Source of the DNA: Priapulus caudatus
Lineage: Eukaryota
NCBI RefSeq assembly: GCF_000485595.1
Contig: NW_014577080.1
Coordinates: forward strand, 264,970-328,969
Length of the DNA: 64,000 nucleotides
Direction: 5' to 3'
Translations under genes and position numbers: made by a program
Part shown: piece after piece, positions 54,707 to 64,000 of the stretch
Position numbering within the stretch: the first letter of the stretch is position 1
How the letters are laid out: every line of letters begins with the position of its first letter
Notes under the pieces: generated by a model
The model's database searches: none
What the model was told of the DNA's origin: nothing
Seen by the model: only the letters and a program-made list of their open reading frames with translations

Positions 54707-54861
54707 TGTGTGTNNNNNNNNNNNNNNNNNNNNNNNNNNNNNNNNNNNNNNNNNNNNNNNNNNNNNNNNNNNNNNNNNNNNNNNNNNNNNNNNNNNNNNN
54801 NNNNNNNNNNNNNNNNNNNNNNNNNNNNNNNNNNNNNNNNNNNNNNNNNNNCGTGTGTGTG

Positions 54862-54893
<32 letters not shown>

Positions 54894-54913
54894 TGTGTGT
54901 GTGTGTGTGTGTG
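54606..54913. repeat. (GT)n/(GCGT)n microsatellite spanning a gap
   Basis: Directly visible. Confidence 0.95.
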
Positions 54914-55445
54914 AATTTCTTGCTCTTACTACATAACCATTCTTCGTATATAGCGATCTTCTTTGACACCTATAGTACTTCTTTATGCGAGGGTTTTGAA
55001 TGATATTTCTGTCATGTTTTGATAGGCATTTCGCAGTACATGACCGATCTTCAACGCAATTCATATAAAAACATGTGCACTGAGGTATTACGCTTTGAAT
55101 ATATTGTTATAGCGTATGCCGTTCTAATGGAATTTGCATTGTCTCTAACAAAAAGGAAATGGGTGTTATCTCCGTGAACAAAATTGGACGAGGAGAGTAA
55201 TACCCTATAGTGCATACGATCATATTAGAAGACCGTACGTTTCCACGACGCTATACAAGGCGCTGCGACGTCGATCACAACTTTCACTGACTCATATAAG
55301 CCACTGTGTACGTACGTTTATATACTGCTTTGGTTACAGATGAATATGAGTACCTATAAGTGCAGTCCGATCGGATGCAGTTTAGCTGCATTCCTAAATG
55401 TCTAAAGTTCTCTGCATCTGGTCTAAGCGTTGCTTGCATACATAC

Positions 55446-55821
55446 ATGTGCGTTGTCGCGTTACAGTGCAGATGGAGAGTGTTGTCATCGTGCCGTGTAG
55501 TAGTAGATGGCAGGCCTCTCAGGTCCAGTTCCCAACACACATTCGTATTGATTGTCGCTTCGTTCTTCCGATCCGATGTCCCCAGTGTCTTCGTATCTCG
55601 CCGAAGTTTCCTCGGTGCAGGAAAGATGCAGTAAACAAGCAATTACACGAGGCGGGCGCAGTATTCGACAACCCCCATGGCGTGAGGCGCTGCAGTTGGC
55701 ATGCTACAGTGGTCACATGCATTCGACTGTACGGCGACAGCGACCGTGTGACGTCTTCGTACGCATTGAAGATATGTCGCCGTGCGATTTTATCAGATTA
55801 GAATTTCCGCTTGACAAGTGT
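55446..55821 (-). CDS. Possible first-half VWA exon of gene B (frameshifted)
   Basis: Acceptor CATCACAG, then TCQAEILI (VWA beta-1-like), AYEDV and MGVVEYC (like 'VGVVQYS'). Donor CAT|GTATGT. Several frameshifts are required. Confidence 0.35.
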
Positions 55822-57667
55822 CTGTGATGAATGATGCCAGTAATAGTGATTCAATGTGTTAAATTATTCGCTGGTGTTTTTTTTTGTTTCGACAAGTTTT
55901 ATATTAATACGTGTGAATTATCCGCACGCGTCCAAATTTCGCGCAGGAGCGTCATCGTCCATTGTGATCACAGATGCGCACGAGAATATAAATAATAATA
56001 ACAGGGATACCATTTTGTCAGACGAGATAACGCGTGAATAACTACATGGCGACTTTCAGTTGAAAAGCCCTGTCATATACACAGCGGAATTCTTTGGAGT
56101 GGATGGAAAGAAATTGATCGGCCAATCAACCAAGTTTACTTACACTATTGTGTAATATCTCATTTCTTCACGACATCTTTTGTTCAAGTAATGCTGTTTA
56201 TCGTTAAGGCGATAGATATCTGTTGTCATGTGCTGTCTGTTGCGTGCAATACAGCGTTATAGGTCTACTACCACATGTGACAAGATTCGTGGTTGTCCAT
56301 CATTACGCTATAGAACAACAACCCGAGTTATTGTAAGCACTATGTCGAGTACATAAATTCTTTTGACAAATCTTTATGTACCATGCTGGATTATTGTATG
56401 CAGTAAGTCATACGGCCCGTTTCACGGGTTGAACGTCTGTATTGAAAACTTGCTTCTGCATTTCAGCTCGTATTGTTAATGCGTGAAAGCGAAACTCGTA
56501 TTGATATATTATCCATAAACATGACGAGAATAATACGTGAATGGGAGCGCTGCACGTTTGAATGTCATTTCCGGGCCGGTGTTTAACCAAACGTTGTTTG
56601 CACTGCGCACGTATTCGGACTCATTCATCATTCACAGTGGCAAGTGCTTGCAGACTTACATCAAGGCTGCGATCAAGAGATCGTGCCAGCAGGCAGGTCT
56701 TCATGACGGCAAAAAATAATCTTTTGTCATATCTTTAGTCGTAGCAATGTCCATTGCTTGTTAATAGGGGCCTACACGGCGAAATAACTTTCTATAAATG
56801 GGTTTTTCGTGTTATTTTATGTCGAGTCATGAGATCTTAGATTATGGCCTCGCTTATAATTATGTAGTACGTTAGGATACACTAATGTTGCTACGCTATT
56901 TTGAAATCTGTTAAGTGTTTCCAGCTAGGAAATTGCATGAAAAAGCAAATTGTCGAAATCTGCCCAAACCCATTGTGTACCTCGAAGCTTCTCGACTAGC
57001 TCTTAAAAGTAAAGAAATAACTTAGCTATGCATTGTTTTATGTTTTTTGTTTTCGTCACGTCCTTGCGGAAGCACGTTAATCCCACGATAAAAATATTTC
57101 TTTCATTAGAATGTGAGTCTTGAAATTAAAATTAAAATAATTAGGAAACGTTAACATTTATAACGTGTTTATATATACTGTATGAAACCAGTGCGTACCC
57201 AAAACATTAATAGATTGATTTTTAGTCTTGGGTTGTTGTTAAAACAGTGCTCACGCTACTGAAGAATCTCCCTGAAGCAGACGTGTGCTAAACGGATATT
57301 TAATAGTAGCCATGGTTTAGTTTCGACATTTGCTATAGTGAATCGTTAGTCGCCTAGACGCATACTGTAGTTATATGTTTATATCGGGGGTCTGGTAATG
57401 CTATTTAAGATGTTCTCTGGTAACGGGAGTGGTTATATTCATGTGTTTTTCATCAGTGAGCGAATATTAGTAGTCAATAGAAGTAATATCAGAGGGCCGT
57501 ATAGTTTTTACTAATTTTAAGCCAACTGAATAATTATGCCTAAACGTCTTCTTGCTCTCCATGTTCATAAGCATTACGCTGCCATTGAAGGTGACAGCTA
57601 TAGTGCTGCGTTCTAGCACCAGACAGTTTGCAAGCACGTGAATACTTGTAAGGGCAGATGGAGAAAG

Positions 57668-57780
57668 GTGTTATTTTGTTAGTTGTTTATTTTGTTATCT
57701 TATTTGTTATTTTGTTATTTTGTTATTTTGTTATTTTGTTAGTTGTTTATTAGTTAGTGTTATTTTTTTAGTTGTTATTC
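57668..57780. repeat. (TTATTTTG)n degenerate repeat
   Basis: Directly visible. Confidence 0.85.
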
Positions 57781-57981
57781 TGATGACTGTTCGCATTTTA
57801 TTACTGTAAAAAAGGTTTTTATTTGGTTTCTATTTCTCTAAAATCCGTTTAGGGAAGGGTTTTGGGTCTCAGAGTAATTTGCTCAATTACATTAAATGTG
57901 ACTGTATTAAAATATCTTATAGCAAATACTAAGTGGTACTGCCAGCTAATGCGTAGTAATTTCATAACTTTATGATATACC

Positions 57982-57982
<1 letters not shown>

Positions 57983-58034
<52 letters not shown>

Positions 58035-58448
58035 NNNNNNNNNNNNNNNNNNNNNNNNNNNNNNNNNNNNNNNNNNNNNNNNNNNNNNNNNNNNNNNNNN
58101 NNNNNNNNNNNNNNNNNNNNNNNNNNNNNNNNNNNNNNNNNNNNNNNNNNNNNNNNNNNNNNNNNNNNNNNNNNNNNNNNNNNNNNNNNNNNNNNNNNNN
58201 NNNNNNNNNNNNNNNNNNNNNNNNNNNNNNNNNNNNNNNNNNNNNNNNNNNNNNNNNNNNNNNNNNNNNNNNNNNNNNNNNNNNNNNNNNNNNNNNNNNN
58301 NNNNNNNNNNNNNNNNNNNNNNNNNNNNNNNNNNNNNNNNNNNNNNNNNNNNNNNNNNNNNNNNNNNNNNNNNNNNNNNNNNNNNNNNNNNNNNNNNNNN
58401 NNNNNNNNNNNNNNNNNNNNNNNNNNGCGCGTGTGTCGTGCGCGTGTG

Positions 58449-58518
<70 letters not shown>

Positions 58519-58520
58519 GT
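57983..58520. repeat. (CT)n - gap - (GT)n
   Basis: Directly visible. Confidence 0.95.
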
Positions 58521-59412
58521 TGAACCTCAGCATTATAATTATACTAGAAAATGCTCACAGTGGGTTGGGATTATGATATACATGGGATTTGTAGGATAAA
58601 AACCGAAAAGTAGGGTGCATGGACTAGTAGAGGGGGAACTGCTATGGAGTGCCACATTTGTAAGATTATTGGCTTCTAGATTTAGTTATCGATTCAGTTC
58701 GTCGAGTATATTGGAGCGTCTTATACATTAGAGGCATTACTGTTCTACGAATTGGTGAAATTGTATGTTTTGATATGATGATGCGTGATATCGTTGATGA
58801 GCTAATTATCCACATGTTTTATACCCGGCTGCGGCTTTGATTGAGCGAATGACTTCTTATTTGTCTGTCGCATTAGCTACATTTGCCGAAAAAGTGATTC
58901 ATTCACATTTCCTTGCAATCGGAATAAATAGGAATATATTATAATGATAGACAAATTGCTTTCCTGTTTCGTACCCATTAATGAGATGCTTATGAAGACT
59001 TAATTGTCGAAATAGCGCAATGGATGAGTTTTTCTCGGAATTAGTCTGTAGTTAAACTGTAGAAATGTGAAAATATATTTGGTTCTTTAGTGATTAATTC
59101 TGTAATATCGCACAATGTCTCAAGAAGGGGAAGAGAGCTCAGATTTATTTAGTAGTTTTTAGTTAATTTGTTTTCGGGTTAAAGAAAACTAAAAGTTTGA
59201 TAATTAACATGAATGAATTGGGCAGCAGTCAGGGTTTTATATGCTGGCTTTGCCTATATTAGTGTGCCTTGGTTAAATAAATTGCGAGTAGCAGTGTTGG
59301 AAATAGCAGCTCGTTCCCCAATCCGGGACTTGTAAATTTTGACGGATTTCACTATCGTTTATATAGAAACCAAAATAATAAAAGTCACCAGTGAATCGGT
59401 TTTCAGACTTAT

Positions 59413-59522
59413 TTCCAGGACTGCAGTTGGCTTCCGGTTAAATCCGATTGCAGCCAATGAGCCCTGAATAAACATCGTGTTTGCAAATACAAACAGCAAG
59501 AAGCAGTGTACTTGTAATTCAT
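59413..59522 (-). CDS. Possible signal-peptide exon of gene B
   Basis: Frame ELQVHCFLLFVFANTMFIQGSLAAIG lies one base out of frame with the ATG at 59522. The donor-like site reads ATAAGT rather than GTAAGT, so two errors must be assumed. Confidence 0.2.
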
Positions 59523-59643
59523 TGTGGTAATGTGTAAGTGCGACATACTTCACCTTCACCGTTATCTCAACAGCGCGAAAGCCTCTCCAGCATGTGTCGT
59601 ATATACTTTATACCAGCGAGTGTTGCAACTCTTGTACTTTTTC

Positions 59644-59645
<2 letters not shown>

Positions 59646-59733
<88 letters not shown>

Positions 59734-59822
59734 GTNNNNNNNNNNNNNNNNNNNNNNNNNNNNNNNNNNNNNNNNNNNNNNNNNNNNNNTGCGTGCGTGC
59801 GTGCGTGCGTGCGTGTATGTGT
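59646..59822. repeat. (GT)n/(GCGT)n microsatellite spanning a gap
   Basis: Directly visible. Confidence 0.95.
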
Positions 59823-62264
59823 AAAGAATTTACATGGTTCGCATCATATTAAGAAGTAATTTTTTGTCATGTAAAAATACACCCAGTCACACACGCGCGC
59901 CCTCTTTGCTAGCATTTGTGTGGTGATGTGGCTTTTCGCGACGGCCCTTGCGTGGTGACGATGATCAGCTATACTATGGAGCTTGCGGTGTTCTGTAGTC
60001 ATTATATATTTACGGGTGCAATGTAATTGCTTCCTTTGGCTCTTTTCATCAGAGACTATTTGTTGGTGGCAGACACCCTGCTCGGTACACTTGTTACTCT
60101 AAGCCAATATTTGGTCAACAATTTACGATGTTAGACTGGTTGTGAATATATACATTTATGTATATGCACTTGTGATATTCGCAAATGAGCTGCTGGAACT
60201 CGGCTTGCTCATGAACTGCTGTCTTGATGGAGATAGTAATCTAGTAAAACGTGTATAATGCGCTCTGTTGGCACGATTGTCAGTATGAGTAGTCTTGATA
60301 TCATGCACCAGCTGCAACACCTCTTCAAACGCTCTGCGTGTGTGTTTGCCAAGCAAAATGCCTCGCTCTACTACAAGTTATGAGCGTTTCTGATAAAGTG
60401 CGATAAACTGTTATAATGCTGTTACCGACAGTAGGTACCAACCTTACTGTTACCAACAGTAATGAACTCGCGCGCACGCACGCGCACATGCACGCACGCA
60501 CACGCGTGCGCGCCCGCACACGGGTTTTCTACAGTTACCCCCTATTTTTATTCTTCGTTTGTTTCTGTTAAAAATTATTTTAATATAATTATGTATTTTT
60601 TAATTAATAATGCTTTTCATTTTGTTTTAGATTGACATGTTCATTTTCATGCCGTTTTAGTGCTGCTCGAATTTCTTTAATCATTGTTTAGTTTCTTTTT
60701 TATCTTATTTCAATTATCATATAAATCAAAGACAATCGAATATGGAAATGTGAAACTTGAATGACAAACACATAAACGGGATTAAAAGCTCCGTATATCA
60801 TCATGAAAAACATTCGTACCACGGATCGGACTAATTATGTATCATATCCGTTGAGAGAGATGCGCCAAATAAAACCATAATACTGCTAAACATTGGTTTA
60901 TTACTATGTCCGTGGGCTAGTCACACATTCCGAGTCAGTATAGCTGGCTATTTAACCCATACTCATTAAAATATCAGCAACAAATTTGATTATGCCCACT
61001 CTATGAATGATACACATTCTATTTCTTAATCTTTTCGTGTGTGTGGGTTAATTAAAATTCTACCACACTCGAAAATATTACATCGGTTTTAGCTCAATAC
61101 ACCATCTGCAATTGTACAGTATGGTGTATTCGATCAATTTTACAGTTTTTGAGAAATGCAAATCGTCGTCGCGTCAGTAATTGATAATGCATTGTTTGTT
61201 TTGCCTTTATCCGTATAAATCTGCTAAAAACAAACATGCGCTGATGTTTCGAAAACTCACAAGGAATCAATTCGGCGTGAAAAATCACTTTCAGATCAAT
61301 ATTTCATTGCGCGAAACATCTGGCTTCGTACCGTATTTGGAATATGACGGCACGCGAGAGGCTTTTAATACTGTTGTAGATTATTGAGGCACCTTCGTGC
61401 ATTTTGCATGAACTCTCATCCTTTCGAATGCAGATAAAGTCTCTAGTAGATAGAAATACTCCAGCTGACTAGAAACATATTGCTGTTGAATTTTGTATAG
61501 CAGCCACATATGAAACCCCACAATTGAGCACTATAGGGTTTTACGCCTTTCAGAGGTAGCAAGTCACTTCCTATTTTTGGCCGCGTTCGAACTGATCTCC
61601 TATTGAATTTTTTGTAAATTGCAAAACTTGGTCTTCTGACCAAGGGAAATAAAGTAGCATTGAATAAAATATGGACCGAAAGCAATCTACATGCTAATTT
61701 GGGCTTGTAAAGGGTTGAAAAATCCCCCCTTGTTCCATGCTAATAGAAGGATACCATTGAAGATACCCTTAAGCGAAACCCATATATATCAGTGTTCCGA
61801 ACTACGCCACCATTTTGCAAGTAAGCACACATTTGTGCCCAGTTCAACTGTGCTTAGGGTTATTCATAATCTCTGTGTATTGCATGCAGCACTAAATATT
61901 CCGACGGGATTCTTCATTGTTTCGCATCTAAACAGCTATAAAACTGAATGAGTCTAGTGTTAAACGAAAAAAATGAATTGATAGCAAGCTTCTATTCTAG
62001 CTCACGAAATTGTGGGCATACGAAATTGCTTGAACCAGGCATATCGTTCGAATCATATCTCTGTCCGCCCGCGTAGGTGTGCTACACTCGGCTAAAATAT
62101 CACGCTTGTATATAGCCATATATATGAAGAATAAATCAAGTACAGTGACATTTTATGTCGAAAATTAATCGTGACCGCAGTGTATTCACAATAATTAACC
62201 TGCTCATCAGTGCAGTTACTACATCTCTGTTACTGCATTCGTACGTAACCGGAAACCCACAGCC

Positions 62265-62885
62265 AATTACCTCTGCACCTACATCTATAGCAATCCTCAC
62301 ATCTGCACCTACACCTATAGCAATTCTCACATCTGCACCTACACCTATAGCTACACTTACATCTGCACCTACGCCTAGCTATCCTTACATGTGCACCTAT
62401 ACATTTCTACAGGAGTCTATCTATTTTGATAGACTCCTGATTTCTACGATTACATATACACCTACGCACAATTACCATTACATATACACCTACGCACAAT
62501 TACCATTACATGTGCACCTACGCACAATTACCATTACATATACACCTACGCACAATTACCATTACATATACACCTACGCACAATTACCATTACATATACA
62601 CCTACGCACAATTACCATTACATGTGCACCTACGCACAGTTACTATTACATGTGCACCTACATGCAATATTACCATCGCCTCTGCACCTATAAACACAGC
62701 TATTGTTACTTCAGTATGTACACAGCTTCTATTACATCTGCACCTGGACAAAGTTAAAGTTACTTCTGCGGCTACACATACAGCTACCATTTCCCTGCAA
62801 GTAGACACAGCAATGATTGCCTCCACACGCATATAGGTACAATAACTTCTAGCACTCAGCTGCAATTACCGGCGCACCTACACAT
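62265..62885. repeat. Minisatellite with 30-bp and 28-bp units (core CACCTAC)
   Basis: 30-bp ACATCTGCACCTACACCTATAGCAATTCTC units, then homogeneous 28-bp CACCTACGCACAATTACCATTACATATA units, then degenerate units. Confidence 0.9.
62410..62439. mobile_element. 30-bp hairpin micro-MITE inserted in the minisatellite
   Basis: CAGGAGTCTATC-TATTTT-GATAGACTCCTG with a perfect 7-bp TSD ATTTCTA. Removing it restores a 28-bp unit. Confidence 0.85.
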
Positions 62886-62909
62886 CAGACTATTTACTAT
62901 TATATCCCT

Positions 62910-62988
62910 TACTCAACCCACAACTGTATTACTCAACCGTATTACTCAACTGTATTACTCAACCGTATTACTCAATCCACAACTGTAT
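62910..62988. repeat. 13-bp repeat (TACTCAACYGTAT)n
   Basis: About 5 units. Confidence 0.85.
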
Positions 62989-63121
62989 AACACCTATACA
63001 TGCACTGGAACGGAAGCACGCACACGCGCGCATGCACGGACGCAGGTGTACGTCACTAGCCCTACACATTTTTAATATACGTGTGTGTGTTCGCTCGTCG
63101 TGTGCGGATGTTAAAGAGTAT

Positions 63122-63217
63122 CAGAAGTAGATAATAGGGAATTATAATTATAATTATANNNNNNNNNNATATAATATAAATATAATTATAATTATAATTC
63201 CCTATTATCTACTTCTG
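63122..63217. mobile_element. Hairpin micro-MITE with an expanded AT centre (contains a gap)
   Basis: TIR CAGAAGTAGATAATAGGGAATTATAATTATAATTATA with a perfect 7-bp TSD AGAGTAT. The first 18 bp are identical to the 44765 element. Confidence 0.85.
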
Positions 63218-64000
63218 AGAGTATGAAAACGTTGTTGTAGCAATGTGGGATGAATGACGATGCATGTGCGTTAATGAAAATCCGCGTATCTGTTTGCTAG
63301 GTGCTTATTGCTTAGTGAGTTAGCGTCGCAGTTTCCACACTAGTCGAAAAAGCGCGAATATTTCATAATACCTTTTCGCTATCTTTACTTTATTTTATTC
63401 CACGATTTCTATCGGGATATTCAGCAAGTCATGGGTACTGCTTACTCGTGAATACTTTTTTACTAAATTTAGTTACAGGATTGCGTATAACATAGCAGCG
63501 ACGCTAGCCGGTTATTAATCTCTTGAATTTATCTGCATAATGAACCTAATGAACCTTAGTGTATGTAAGGGATTTAATTACCTATAACATTCGAATAACA
63601 ATTCATTGATTGCATCACCTAATGTGCGAATACGTAGTGCACAGATGAATGTATGCATGTGAGCATGGGCATAGTAGTCTTGAACGAGAAAGAATTTATA
63701 CATATGAAGTTATTATGGTCTTACACAAGTATAAGTAGCGCACACTTAAACGGGTAATCTGATGTGTGACACAAGTCAAGATAGAGCAGTTATTAGCGTG
63801 GTACACAGGTAGAAATGTATATTATCATTGTTATGGTATTGAGACTAGGTTGAAATACTTTCAATTCCTTCACATACGTATTCTTTTAAAGCCTTTGAGC
63901 AATGAGCGTTTATACATGTGATTACCACGCACTAAATTATGCACTCACGTACGCACGCACGCAACATCAGAACGGCCCAATATAGGCATGAAAGCATAAA

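Noticed and set aside
61050..61772. Possible Kolobok-like non-autonomous element ending ...ACCC|TTAA
   Set aside because: No matching left terminus or TSD could be found.
62451..62660. Regularly spaced 28-bp repeats as a CRISPR array
   Set aside because: Head-to-tail tandem units with no unique spacers, no cas genes, and a eukaryotic context.

Overview
This is eukaryotic, invertebrate-type animal genomic scaffold sequence, not a prokaryotic locus: it has spliceosomal GT-AG introns, abundant microsatellites, N gaps and long stretches with indel-rich, long-read-like noise. No rRNA, tRNA, CRISPR array or operon is supported. Main contents: (1) A 5'-deleted, pseudogenised AcademX-type DNA transposon (14067-18341) with TAG...CTA ends, long imperfect TIRs, a 3-bp TGA TSD, and DDE-like, XPG-like nuclease and Cys-cluster coding remnants; a second partial copy lies at 1-2091. 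(2) Fragmentary minus-strand exons of probably two tandem genes for secreted von Willebrand factor A (VWA) domain proteins; most exons are frameshifted and only recognisable by motif. (3) About nine ultra-short (30-96 bp) hairpin insertions with CAG/CAT ends and 7- or 8-bp target-site duplications, resembling P-superfamily micro-MITEs; this is the most interesting signal I can support directly. (4) Two blocks of about 5-6 kb duplicated within the window (1-5772 ~ 16068-21895; ~32770-38448 ~ 46800-51684); the first copy of each ends at an exactly 25-N gap, and they are probably gap-filling artefacts. Most ORFs in the six-frame track are spurious microsatellite translations. All family assignments come from motif recognition by eye, without database searches.
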